This document shows positions 1 through 12,296 of a stretch of 64,000 bases of DNA, piece by piece. Positions within the stretch are counted from its first letter, which is position 1. The number at the start of each line of letters is the position of its first letter. The notes under the pieces were generated by a model. That model saw nothing but the letters and a program-made list of their open reading frames with translations, had not been told where the DNA came from and did not search any database. The position numbers were made by a program, and so were the translations under genes. Where the stretch lies: assembly GCA_964016885.1 (NCBI GenBank), contig OZ024747.1:47616001-47680000 (forward strand), given 5' to 3'. This DNA is from Eledone cirrhosa. Taxonomy: Eukaryota.

Positions 1-1
1 G

Positions 2-1089
2 GCGCCAATTGTTTCCAAGCTACACACATTTTTCCCCACATATTTAGGGAAAAGAACGCAGAAAATAAGGGTCTCCGGAATCCGGCCAAATGCATGCATT
101 TCCTGGGTACTAACAGGATTTTTAGAAGACGAGGACGGAATCCTCTCAGTAGGAGAAGTCACAACAGACGTTTTCGGCGGTTTGAGCGTGGAGGTTCTGG
201 TCCAAATGAGACCAGAACGAATAGCTAGAATACCACAGAGGGTGTTCCTCGATGGAGAAACATTTATATACATTTCAGCCGAGGATAGGAGGCCCATATG
301 TTACTACTGTTCAAGCAGGGGTCATCTAAGGGCTGCCTGTCCTCAATTGACAAAAAAAAAGGCTCTTTTGCCTACACCCCACACACCACCACCACCACCA
401 CAACAACAACAAGAACAACACGGAAAAATAACACAAGACACGGCCCCACCCAAAACAAGTCCAAAAACACACACAAACACAACAAAACCCCAAAATACAC
501 CACTACCCGACAGCACGGACGAGGACCCAGCTGAAACGGCACCTAGTGACGAAGAGGGGGGGGGACCCTTCCAACCTGTAAAAAGGAAAAAAAGAAAGCA
601 CCACTCGAACATAAACGAAACAAACACACAACCACCAACAAAAACAAAACAAACAGAACAAACAAAATCCGCCCCACCCCAAAACATAACACATACAACA
701 AAACGTAAGCACACACAAGAACAACAAACAAACACAACACAAATAAAACAGTATACATACATTAACACAAATAACAAAGAACTAGTAAAAACAATACACA
801 AAGACCCTTCGGTGGAAACTGAAGGGCAATTCTTTGCAACGCGGCCAACAAACCGCATTTAAAAATGATAAGACTCCCAATGGACACCTATTCAAAACTA
901 AGAGAGAACTTTCCTGAGGACGTGGGGAAAACATGTACTCGACCCTATAACCGCGTCCTCTTGAAACGTTTCCCCACCCACACCTCACCAAACACCCCCA
1001 CTCCACCACAGAACAACACCCCACCAAACAACCCCGCCAATACGCCCATGGATATTGTGCAACCTGCTCCTCAGGAGCCGAACAGGTAG
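2..1089 (+). CDS. Tx1-like ORF1 (gag-like, zinc knuckle), partial, probable frameshift near 860
   Basis: Frame open from position 2 to 862. Contains CYYCSSRGHLRAAC (CX2CX4HX4C), a Thr/Pro/Gln-rich region and basic KRKKRK. ORF 865-1089 continues in another frame up to the ORF2 ATG. Confidence 0.75.
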
Positions 1090-1110
1090 GTCCTTCCTCT
1101 TTTAACCAAC

Positions 1111-4100
1111 ATGGCTGATATAAGAGTTGGGTGTCTGAATGTACGCGGCCTGGGACTGTCTTGGAAACAAGGCAAACTGTTAAACGATCTCAGGTCGCAT
1201 AGAATGGATGTAATGGCTATTTGCGAGTCCAGGATCAGCAGCGAGCACCAACTGGCGCCCCTCTTCGACGACTTTGAGATCTTCGCATCTCTCTGTCAAT
1301 CGGGGGTGGGGGTGGAGTTGTCGTTCTGCTGCGAAAACACCTGGGCCTCGCCATACAGAAGGTGCACCTGGACCCGGAGGGTCGACTGGTGGTTTTAGAC
1401 GTCGGCAGTAGTGAAAGTGGAGCCCTTAGACTAATAGCTGTGTACGCCCCTTTTTGGGCAGCACGGCCGGAATACTTCCAAGGTCTGGAAACTTTTCTGG
1501 GAACGTCCCGCTCCTTGCTTTTAGTGGGGGACTGGAATGGTATCCTGGATGCACGTTGGGACTATGTAGGGGCATGTGCCAATAGAGGGGGGTGTAAAAG
1601 CCTCAAAAGGTTAATCGGCCGATTTGACCTGGCCGATAGATATCGACTAGATTTTCCGACTGTACCACTATGGACGTGGACCAATCTCAGCGGAACATCT
1701 AGGTCGTACCTAGATAGGGTCCTAGTTAGAGAGAAGGATAGGGACACATTTAGCTGTCCAAAAATGTTCATGGTTGACTATTCGGATCACAAGTTAGTGA
1801 CCTGCATAACCAACCTTGATAGAACCCATAGACAGGGACCCGGTTACTGGAAGCTGAACTTGTCCTTACCGACAAGCAAAGCTTACAGTAAACGGATTAG
1901 AACGTTAGTTAAGCAGAGTTTGACAGGGGCAATTGTCAACAACAGGTGGTGGAGCTCTCTTAAGAGAGCAATTAGAATAGAATCGATAGGTTTTAGTCAG
2001 GAATTAGCAAGGGATAGGAACAAGACGGAGAGGGAATTAGTAGATAGAGTAGAAGAGGCGATTAGGAGTGGCAATGTAGCCGGCGTGCTGGCATCAAGAA
2101 TGGCCTTAGACCAGTTCTTTGAGGTGAAGCATGAAGGCTGCGTTGTCAGAAGTAAAATACGTGCTCTGGGTAATGAGGGAGCCAAAGCTGTGAGCTGGGC
2201 CCGAGTGACAGAGGCAAAAAGTGGGAACAAGTCCACAATTCGGTCTTTGAAGGACCAGGATGGGCGTGTGATCCTTGAGCCTGGGCAGATGTGTGTGGCT
2301 TTTCAGCGGCACTTTGCACGACTGTTCGAGAGGGGCGGCGCGCCGGGTGAGACTATGGATTTCAATCCATACCTCGACGGCCTGCCGCGCCTCTCGGACG
2401 CGGAGGCGAAGTCCTGCGAAAGGACGATTTCAGCTGCTGAGATAGGGGCGGCGCTGAGCCAATGCGGCAAACGCAAATCCCCGGGTCTCGATGGTCTACC
2501 ATACGAGCTATATGTAGTGATGCCGGACTTGTTCTCCGATATCCTCGAAGCGGTCTACTGCAACTGGCAGCAGAACGGGAGAATTCCCAGTTCTGTGACC
2601 AAGGGCGTAGTTACGCTGGTGAGGAAGGATGAGAACAAGGGGGATGACATAAGTAACTTCAGGCCCATAACTCTGCTAAATACAGAGTTAAAGATTTTGG
2701 CCAAGGTGTTAGCGAAGAGGTTGGCGCTTGTCGTCGGAAACCTGGTGGGAGAAGCGCAGACATGCGCAATCCCGTCCAGGTCCATTCACGACAATCTCCA
2801 CCTTATGCGATACATCATAGAGAGGGTAGGGAATGAACCCGGCTTTGGTGGGGCCCTGATCAACTTGGATCAATCTAAAGCTTTCGATAGGGTTGACCAT
2901 CGTTACCTGGATGCGGTGCTCGCGGCGGCAGGCTTCGGACCCGTTTTCAGGGGTTGGATTGCTGCGATGCACAGCAGCAACGTCTGCTCAAAGGGTCAAG
3001 GTGAACGGCCACCTCTCGGAGCCGTTCCAAATCATGCGATCCATCCGACAGGGATGCCCTCTCTCCTCCCTTCTGTATGTGCTGGCTCTTGAGCCACTAC
3101 TGCGGAAGTTGGAGCGGAAGCAGGGCATCCCTTTGGAACCGGGATTGCAGAAAACGGCGTCGGCCTACTCCGATGACGTGACAGTAATGGTGTCGAAAAC
3201 CTCGCAAATCGGTGAGATCGGCACCTTACTGGAGGAATATGAAAGGTTTACAGGAGCCAAGCTGAACCGGGACAAGTCCGTCGGTTTGCAACTCGGAACA
3301 TGGAGGGGCAAACCGATGCCCTCCAATGACGTCGTCGGACGCTGGGCGGAGGGCCCGGTGAAGCTGCTTGGGGTCTGGTTCGGACCAGACCTCCAGGTGG
3401 AGAAAAACTGGAATGAGGTAATGGCCAGGGTGTTTGCACTCACCCAGAAGTGGGCCCAGTGCAAACTATCCCTGAAAGGTCGAGCGGAGGTGGCGAATAC
3501 TTATATAGCATCCGTCATCTACTACCGCTTGACCGTCGTGCCTTGCCCAGTGAAAAGACTCGCCAAAATGGAGTGCGCGCTGTTCCAATTTCTTTGGAAC
3601 AAGCGGACCCCTTTGGTGAGGAGATCCATCTGCTGTCAACACCCTTCGAAAGGAGGGCTGGGGATGCCCTGGCTACAGATGCGTAAACACGCATTAAGGC
3701 TACGGCACCTCCAGGTATTCCTCACCGGTCAACCGGTGTGGGCCCCGTTTGTGAGGCGAGCCTTTCCCAGACTCGTGTCGCTCACCGAGCTGCAATCCTG
3801 GGTCAAGCAAAGACCGAGAAAAGTGGGCGACTGGCACATTGAATGTGCCCAGGCGCTCACGGCCCTCTGGAAAGCGGACCCAGCAATCAGTGGAGACTCC
3901 ACCTCGACATTCTATAGAGGGTTGGTACGCAGCAGGTGCGACGATGCTCTCGGAGAAGCTCTAGGCATGGAGGAAGATGAACTGGCCACTCTGTTCGGTA
4001 GGACGTTTGGCCCTGGACCGATGGACAACTTCCAAAAGTTCCTGGCTTGGCAGTGCTACCGAGGGGCTCTACCCGTTCGAGACAAGCTCCACAGGCATAG

Positions 4101-4548
4101 GAGCCTGGGTAGGGATCCTTTGAATAAGATCTGTCCGAGATGCGTGCATGACGACGAAACTGTTGCGCACACATTCGTACACTGCCCAGGCATTGCTGAC
4201 CTGTGGGGCTATGTGGAACGACTACTGTCGAGGGTGGGACCAATCCGGTTGACCACCGAGTCCATTGTCACGATCAAACCGCCTCCTCCTTTCAAAAACG
4301 AAGGAGAGGCAGTTTTTCTCTGTGTGATAGCCATGGCTAAAGAAGTTGTATGGTGGACGAGGCTGAAAGGGCTGAGGTCAGACACCTTTCTCTCCGGCCA
4401 ACAACTGGTCCCCTTTTTCAAATACCATTTTAAAAGAAGGATCAGAATGGAGAGAGAGGTGCTCTACCCCAGCAAGTTTTATGAAAGGTGGGTGAAAGTA
4501 GGGAGAATGGCCAGAGTGAATGGGTCTTCTCTCTATATCAGCCTGTAG
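1111..4548 (+). pseudogene. Tx1-like ORF2 (APE-RT-zinc finger) split by two frameshifts (~1310, ~2985)
   Basis: APE motifs: CLNVRGL, GDWN, YLDRV, SDH. RT motifs: KSPGLDG, FRPITLLN, LDQSKAFDRV, RQGCPLS, YSDD, KLLGV. C-terminal CPRC..ETVAHTFVHC. Confidence 0.9.
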
Positions 4549-4785
4549 GTGAAAGAAGAGGAAAAAGAGGAGACGAGGGAAGCACCTACTCTTTGTGCTC
4601 CTGAGGAGAAGGGTTGCACATTTTTTCCGGGGTGTGTGCGACCCATGTTAATGCCCCCTCCCTATTGAGGACTTCGTTTGTTGTTGTTATTTCATTGTTA
4701 TATTTTTGTACTCGTTAATTATATGTAAACTTCCCCCCTTGTATCTGTCCCTACCTTTTTTGCCCTAGTGGCAAATAAAGAAACC

Positions 4786-5193
4786 ACTCTATATATACTA
4801 TTATATTTTCACAGTAAAGGCTTTACCTCACATAATATCTCACATAACATTTACATTACTCTATATATACTATTGTATTTTCATGGTAAAGGCTTTACCT
4901 CACATAATATCTCACATAGCATTTACGTTACTCTACATTTACTATTGTATTTTCATGGTAAAGGCTTTACCTCACATAATATCTCACATAGCATTTACAT
5001 TACTCTATATATACTATTGTATTTTCATGGTAAAGGCTTTACCTCACATAATATCTCACATAGCATTTACATTACTCTATATATACTATTGTATGTTCAT
5101 GGTAAAGGCTTTACCTCACATAATATCTCACATAGCATTTACATTACTCTATATATACTATTGTATGTTCATGGTAAAGGCTTTACCTCACAT
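4786..5193 (+). repeat. 72-bp minisatellite (~5.7 copies) derived from a piggyBac-like MITE
   Basis: Unit ACTCTATATATACTATTGTATTTTCATGGTAAAGGCTTTACCTCACATAATATCTCACATAGCATTTACATT. Single-copy homologues lie at 61089-61150 and, reversed, at ~32262-32322. Confidence 0.9.
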
Positions 5194-5337
5194 ATGGAAT
5201 CTATGAGATTTTGATATTATCTATTTTGAGAACAATACCTTAACGTTACGACTGGTTTTAACAGAAAGAGGTGAGAGAATTCTGGCCAGATACGTAATGT
5301 AATTTTCCAAATAGTATATTTTCTTTTTTCTTTCCAG

Positions 5338-5445
5338 AGAACAGTTAGGAATATCAAATGTCTTGTTTTTGCTGCTCATAGCAAAACATTCAAGGATCAA
5401 AGTGGTTCATTGAGTCCTTCAACTTATGAAATTTATTTATCATCT
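5338..5445 (+). CDS. Host exon 1 in window (RTVRNIKCLVF...YEIYLSS)
   Basis: ttccag|AGA...TCT|gtgag; phase 0-0; paralogous to exon 11 (QHVRGMLTNIF...RYYFLD). Confidence 0.8.
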
Positions 5446-5596
5446 GTGAGTATATGAGTATATGTATGATCTTGTTCCTGTTTTAAGTCTTTGAATCCTC
5501 CTTGTAAAGAAGAGGATTGTTTTTAACTAAGAACAAATTTCCATCAGAAATTGTATGTTGAATTGAACATGTAACTCTTTTATTCTCTTTACTAAA

Positions 5597-6003
5597 TAAT
5601 TGTTTCTACTTTTGGCACAAGGCCAGCAATTATCCCAGTGTATTACTGGTACTTTATTTTATCGACCCTGTAAGGATGAAAGGCAAAGTTAACCTCGGCA
5701 GGATTTGAACTCAGATCATAAAGGGAGGTAACTCTATGCTTCAAAGCATAGCATCCGACCCGACCCTCTACCGATACTGCCAATCCACCGCTGATTTATG
5801 CACAAGTCCAACAATTTGGGGGTAGGGCAGGAAAGTCAATTAAACTGACCCCCAGTGCGTTACTAGTGCTTTATTTTATTGACCCCCGTAAGGACAAAAA
5901 GCAAAGCTAACCACAGCAGGATTTGAACTTAGAACATAAGGAGACGTAACTCTATGCCACAAAGTATGTTATCCGACACTCTACAGATACTGCCAATCCA
6001 CTA
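5597..6003 (-). mobile_element. Two tandem tRNA-derived SINEs (Meta-domain-like core)
   Basis: Minus strand has A box TGGCAGTATCGG, B box GAGTTCAAATCC and core GCCTTTCATCCTTACAGGGTCGATAAAATAAAGTACCAG. Many copies in the window. Confidence 0.8.
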
Positions 6004-6084
6004 CTCTTTCTCTTTACTAAATAATAGTAAAGAATTGCACCTGGAAACTTCACCTTTTTGAAAATATTTCTTAAAAACCATGAA

Positions 6085-6340
6085 TTGACTGAGTCATTAG
6101 AACATCAGAGCACAGAGTGCTTTGCAGTATTTGTTCTGGCTCTCTGTGCTCTGAGCTCAAATTCTGCCAAGGTCAATTTTGTCTTTCATCTGTTCAAGCT
6201 CAATTCAGTATTAGGGTTGATTCATCCTCTAAATCTCTTTCTTACTTTTTTTTCATCATTCTCTCTGCTTCTCTGAAAGAAATCAGCTATATTCAGATTT
6301 GGAGAAGGGATGGGCTCCTCTAGGTTTAAATTGCCCAAGA
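6085..6340 (+). mobile_element. Diverged tRNA-derived SINE (related subfamily)
   Basis: GAGCTCAAATTCTGCCAAGGTCAATTTTGTCTTTCATC. The tail is shared with reverse copies at ~28020-28270 and ~38490-38770. Confidence 0.6.
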
Positions 6341-7266
6341 AACACTGTATGTCATGACAGTACCTTTACAATATAACCAAGTGTACCAATAATTATGAGT
6401 ACAAATGTAAAATTATAATCTACATAAAGAAGCTATAAGATTTAAACAGTTGTCAATAAATATTCTTTTCTCACAGATTTTGAATTGTCTGTTAACATCT
6501 ACAGGGTAGCCTTATATATAAAATACCACATGGGTTTTGTTTTCTGCTCCATCTAAAATTTGGCAGATGTTATGATTGGAATGCTCCACAAATATCTCTT
6601 GTATTGAAATGTATAAATGTACTCAACATCACAGATATTTTTTTAATAGTTTTCTTTCCTATTTGGACAAATATGAAAGGTGTAAATATGTTCTGTTACA
6701 TTAGAGATATGTTGAATGGTGAGGGTAAACCAGACACCATGACAGTATCTAGAGTGAGAAATGCATGAAAGAAGTTCTGGAATAGTTGAACAATTTTAAG
6801 TTTGGTGATAATATAGAATGGATACACCATATTCCTACATATCATTAGAGATAACCAAAGGATTGATACCAGGAAGGGCATCTGGCTGTAGAACTTGCCT
6901 CAAAAAGAACCCAGTGATCTGTACGATGGTTGTCATGGGACCCACTAAGCTATCCCATACTTTAGCAGGGAAAAGGGCCTTAAAACCTTTGTATTCTACT
7001 ATAACACCTGTAAATTTCCAAATTTGAAATAAGTATAGAAATAATATAAAAGAGAAATAGTTAAAAAAAAAGTGTCATACTCAGCTAAACTAATTTCACA
7101 AAAAAGGTTCATAAAGTAAAACCTGTTCATAGCACCAGTGTCAGTGTAAGAATCAGAAATTACAATTCTACTGCATTGTTAATATTGATAGAAATATTTT
7201 TCATGTTTTATAAAAAGGTTTTGTATCTAAAATTTTAATTTACTTCTAAAATTTATCTTTTTTTAG

Positions 7267-7347
7267 ACTGATTGGACAATTTTACCTGATAAAAGTGGTA
7301 CACTATATTCAATTTATCCTTTAAGGGTTAATATACTTTCAGATGAG
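7267..7347 (+). CDS. Host exon 2 (TDWTILPDKSGTLYSIYPLRVNILSDE)
   Basis: ttttag|ACT...GAG|gtaat; phase 0-0; paralogous to exon 12 (ENW..VPVRVEI). Confidence 0.82.
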
Positions 7348-7777
7348 GTAATTTTTTATATTGAATTATATGAGTTAAGATTTATTTTCATAATTTTGAG
7401 GTTTTCATGAATTTCTTATTAGAAATTTGATAAAATCTAAGACATGACAAGAATTACATTTGTAAATAGTATGGCTGTAATAATGGTTTCTGATTTAGAC
7501 ACAAGGCCAACAATTTTGGGGGAGGGAAAAGTCGATTAAATTGACCCCAGTGCATTACTGGTGCTTTATTTATCAACTCCATAAGGTTGAAAGGAAGGCA
7601 AAGCTAACCTCAGCAAGATTTGAACTCAGAACGTAAAGCATGGCTGTAAGAATGAAACTATGTATTTAATCGAATACTTTGTCGGGGAAAAGGTGGACTT
7701 TTGGGGTTTATTTATTATGTTCAGTTGCCAAATTTGTGTCAAATACAAGGAATTTCAAATTACTTTGGTGGGAGTCA

Positions 7778-8301
7778 TTTAACCCTTTTGCTACTATATT
7801 TCAAATGAAAAACACGACCTTTAATTTTGAAATAATTTATAAAATAATCAAAAATTGGAGGCATTTAGTAATATAACTAACTTTCTCAATATTAAGTTGT
7901 TGTTTGGAGCATAACTTAACATAGATTCTTACATAAAATTATGACAGAAGAGTTTTAGATAAATATAAAGAAAAAACACCCAGTCCACCTTGTAAAGTGG
8001 TCGTGCTGGTGACAAGACAAAAAGCACTAAGTCCACTCTGTAAGGTGGTCATGCTGGTGACATGATGAAAAAGTACCCAATCCAACCTGTCAGATGGTCA
8101 TTTTGGTGCCACAATAAAAAGCTCCAAGTCCACACTGTAAATGTTGTTGGTATTAGAAAGAGCATCCAACAGTAGAAACCAAGCTAGAAACAGTTTTGTA
8201 TGAGCAAGATGCGGATGTTAAACAGTGGTGATAAACATTTTAACAGGAACAATTTTGTATTCTAAAATAGGTTTCAGGTAGTTTGAAGTTAAAAGGATTA
8301 A
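7778..8301 (+). mobile_element. piggyBac-like (TTAA) MITE carrying an inserted RTE-3'UTR-like fragment
   Basis: Begins TTAACCCTTTT and ends AAAAGGATTAA. Related copies at ~11415-11607 (-) and ~60883-61078. Confidence 0.5.
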
Positions 8302-8922
8302 TCTTTTTTTTAAACTAAAGATTTTTGGAAGAGACCATGTGTGTTTAGAAGATGGCAGTTGAAATTTGAAATTTGAATTGAATTAGTAGCTTTTGTTGTA
8401 TGTTTGACTACAGAAAATAATCTAATGATAGGGTGTTTAAGCGCCAAAATGGAAAGAAAATGGGAATTAAACCCCCACCTAGTATGTTCATACTAAGTGG
8501 GCTTGCCAATTACATTAACTTGCCATCCTTTTTTCTCCATTAAATTTGAAAGCTATAAATTAATAGTGATATATATGTAAGTGACCGCATGTGTTTAGAA
8601 GATTTGGGGGGTTTTCTTATCCTCATTGGAAAAATCTACATAAAAACTGACAATAAAAAATCTTCTTTTCTTCTTCTTCTTTGCTCACTTATTCCTGAGA
8701 GGGTCATTGGGGCAGAGTCCTCAAACACTCCTTCCAGTGTGTCCTGTCAGAAGCAACTGCCTCCAACAACTGATCCGGCTTGCTCACTTAAAAAAACAAT
8801 GAAAATTAATTTTTTATTTCAAAATAATTGAAGTATATTATGATTGAATGGAAATTTTATTATATAATAACATTATCTAATGTCTTTTTTTACTTTTATT
8901 TAACGACAATATTCATTTGTAG

Positions 8923-9046
8923 GATGGTTTGTCATATGAAATGAATTTCATTGATTTTGTGGCAAGTCAAACAGATTTATCTACATTTGATATATCATCT
9001 TGTTATGGAACAAGTACAAAGATGCATATTTCTATACTTTTGAGTG
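8923..9046 (+). CDS. Host exon 3 (DGLSYEMNFIDF...TFDISSCY...ISILLS)
   Basis: ttgtag|GAT...AGTG|gtaag; 124 nt; phase 0-1. Confidence 0.88.
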
Positions 9047-9159
9047 GTAAGCACCTTTTGAAATATATTTCATTTCTTATATATATTAAACTAACTTCTT
9101 TCAAGCACAGGTTAGTTTTGTAGGTGGAGTGGGGGTAGTTATATACTTCATTTCACATA

Positions 9160-10036
9160 TACGAGGTGGGTCAGAAAAGTTCCAGGACTGATGTCACAAA
9201 AGATTTATTTCAAACCCAAACTTCACACTAAGAGTTTTCTCCTTAAAAGTAATCCCCCTGGAGTCTAATGCACTTTTCCATCTTTTTCTGCCACGCTTGC
9301 ATGCACTCCTGGAAGGATTCTTCCGGGATCCTCCGCAGTTCCGTCGTCACGGCCTTTTTGATGTCGTCCACATCTTCAAAACGGGTTCCCTCCGGGTCAT
9401 ACTCGAAGATCCATGACTCATCACCGGTGATGACTGTCCCTAGCAAGTCTGGTTCGGTTTCAAGACGCTCGAGGATGTCCTGGCACACTTGCATGGGTTG
9501 ACCCATTCAGCAGTTTTGGCACCATCTTCGCACAGACTTTCCGCATGTCCAAATCTTCAGTGAGAATCTTCCAGACGCTGTCCCGATTCATGCCCAGCTC
9601 ATTTGCCATCAGTCGAACAGTCAGCCGACGATCGCTACGCACCATCTGCCAGACGCGCTCAACATTTACCTCAGTCCTGGTTGTTGAGGATCTTCCGCTC
9701 CTGGGGTCATCTTCCATGTCCTCGCATCCTTCTTTAAACCTCTTGCACCACTCAAAAACCTGTGAGCGTGACATCGTCCCATCTCCATACACTTGCTGCA
9801 GCAATCCAAGTGCTTCTGACGGAGTTTTCAAGTTTGTTCGTTGCTCTGTGTTCATTGCTTGACGACCTGAAACTGAGGACATGTATATAAAATAATGAAG
9901 AAAAAAGTTTGATCGCTGCAGAGAGCTAAGATTACAGTTACATACTCCAGGGGGATTACTTTGAAGGAGAAAACTCTTAGTGTGAAGTTTGAGTTTGAAA
10001 TAAATCTTTTGTGACATCAGTCCTGGAACTTTTCTT
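9160..10036 (-). mobile_element. Mariner (Tc1/mariner) transposon, internally deleted
   Basis: TA|TACGAGG terminus and ~100-bp inverted repeats (9174-9285 vs 9940-10035). Transposase remnants: HTH (VFEWCKRFKEG..DDPRSGR), KMVPKLL, TGDESWI, and CIRLQGDYF at the end. The second and third catalytic Asp region is deleted (YDPE|GTRF). Confidence 0.9.
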
Positions 10037-10149
10037 GGTGATGAAAACAATGACAACGATGATGATGATGATGATGAAGATGATGATGGTGATGGTGATG
10101 ATGATGATGGTGATGGTGATGATGGTGATGATGATGGTGATGGTGATGG

Positions 10150-10201
<52 letters not shown>

Positions 10202-10404
10202 GGTGGTGGTGGTGGTGGTGGTGGTGGTGATGATGATGATGGTGATGGTGATGATGGTGGCGGCGGTGGTGGTGGCGGTGGCGGTGGCGGTGGTGGTGGT
10301 GGTGGTGGTGATGAAAACAATGACAACGATGATGATGATGATGAAGATGATGATGGTGATGGTGATGATGATGATGATGATGATGGTAATGATGGTGATG
10401 GTGG

Positions 10405-10438
<34 letters not shown>

Positions 10439-10651
10439 GGTGGTGGTGATGGTGGTGGTGGTGGTGATGACAGTGATGATGGTGATGATGATGGTGGTGG
10501 TGGTGGTGGTGGTGGTGGTGGTGGTGGTGGTGGTGATGGTGATGATGATGGTGGTGGTGGTGGTGGTGGTGGTGGTGATGAAAACAATGACAATGATGAT
10601 GATGATGAAGATGATGATGGTGATGGTGATGATGATGATGATGATGATGAT
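10037..10651 (+). repeat. Compound (GAT)n/(GGT)n microsatellite with ~270-bp higher-order period
   Basis: The marker GATGAAAACAATGACAA recurs at ~10040, ~10310 and ~10577. Confidence 0.95.
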
Positions 10652-10776
10652 TCACAATGGAATTTAAATAAAATTTAAAGAAGACAATTGACAATCAGCA
10701 ATTTTTAATACTTGAAAAATAACTTCAACCAAAAATGTATAAACCCTAATAACTAATCAAATTTATTCCATTGAAG

Positions 10777-10941
10777 GCAACTATATGAAATCTACAAAAG
10801 AAATAGTTGAAGAAACAGGAAAATCTCTGATGAAACAGTTCATGAACTTAAATATTCTTCAAATACAAGATGTTAAAATATCTTATGATACAAATATTAT
10901 GTATTTATATGCAAGTATCTTAGACCGCACACCTCCAGAAT
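10777..10941 (+). CDS. Host exon 4 (GNYMKSTKE...YASILDRTPPE)
   Basis: ttgaag|GC...GAAT|gtaag; 165 nt; phase 1-1; same length as exon 14. Confidence 0.82.
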
Positions 10942-11703
10942 GTAAGTATTTTAAATTTTAGTTTCTCAATCGGGATTTCAGTTTTATCTCATCATAATAC
11001 AATGAAGTGACAAACAGCAAATCCAAACAATAATTTGATATTTATGTTCTGAGTTCAAATCCTGCCAAGGTTAACTTTGCCTCTCATCCTTACGGGGTCA
11101 ATAAAATAAAGTACTAATAATGCACTAGGGTAATTTCTAGCCTTGTGTCAAAAGAAGACACAATTATTTAACAAAATCTTGTGAATACTACAAGAGTTGA
11201 ATTTCTAAGAAGCCCAGTTTTCAGCTTGATATTAACTTCCTGTTTGAATGCCACAAATGCTATCAGAAAAAACATGAATCTCGCAAAATCTTCTGTCTAC
11301 ATATATTGGCATTGTATCTTATGAAAAAAGAAACCTAGTTCTTTAAGATAAGTGTTTTCAGTAACATATATAGAAAAGGGATTTTACTACATCTTGATAT
11401 CAAACTACCTGAAATCAACCCTAGTTTTATGATACAAAAGTGTTCATTTTAAAAGCCTTTTATCATAATTTTATGTAAAAACATTTGTTAAGCTATGCTC
11501 CAACACCAGCTTAATAATGAAAAAGTTAGTTATATTACTAACTCCTTTCAAAATTTTGATTATTTTCAAAACTACTTATTTAGAGATATTGTAATGAAAA
11601 GGTTAAATTTAGATAATTTTGTAAATATTTGAAGATTCTATTTATGGCATTTTGTAATATACCTGATATATATGTGATTAAATATTTTTACTTATTTTTT
11701 TAG

Positions 11704-11919
11704 CTCAATTTACACTCAAGTCAACAAACTATAAAAGGATGAGTGGTGATAAAGTTTTTCAACAAGTCAGTAACTATAAAGATTGTGCAGAAAAGTGTGT
11801 GCATTATAAAGAATGTAAAGGCTTTGAGATTTGTGGTGCAGACTGCATTGTTAGCAAAAACGACTTTAATAGTGGCCAAACTGTATCTGATTCGTCTTCC
11901 TACTGTTATCATTATTCAA
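11704..11919 (+). CDS. Host exon 5, PAN/Apple domain
   Basis: ttttag|CT...TCAA|gtaag; CAEKC..ECKGFEICGADC..YCYHY; 216 nt; phase 1-1. Confidence 0.9.
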
Positions 11920-12038
11920 GTAAGTAATAAAATCTATTGTCAACTGATTATGATTTTTTTTTTGGGGGGGGGGGGGATAATATTATAAGTATCAACAGAA
12001 TAAGTGAAAAAAATCTTAGTTAATAAATGTTTTTCAGC

Positions 12039-12080
<42 letters not shown>

Positions 12081-12238
12081 TATATATATATATGTGTGTG
12101 TATATATATATATATATATCAAGCGTTTACCTAATATATCCCTTCCATATACTGTACCGATTGTGTTGTTATTTCTGTTTACCTTTTACCTTTTACATAC
12201 ACACATATATATATATATATATATATGTATAACTATAA

Positions 12239-12294
<56 letters not shown>

Positions 12295-12296
<2 letters not shown>

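Larger units (their letters stand above)
1..4785 (+). mobile_element. Tx1/L1-clade non-LTR retrotransposon, near intact, 5' end outside window
   Basis: ORF1 has a CCHC knuckle; ORF2 has APE, RT and a C-terminal CCHC. The 3' UTR ends in a TTTGCC-CTAGT-GGCAAA hairpin overlapping AATAAAGAAACC. Visibly more GC-rich than host DNA. Confidence 0.93.

Noticed and set aside
4768-5214. 24-aa repeat protein ORFs, or a CRISPR-like array
   Set aside because: Contiguous 72-bp tandem units with no unique spacers, derived from a MITE, in a eukaryotic context.
9460-10694. Long poly-Pro/Ser, poly-His and poly-Met/Val ORFs, including an apparent Pro-rich extension fused to the mariner transposase
   Set aside because: They are translations of the stop-free GAT/GGT microsatellite; the fusion reads through the TIR.
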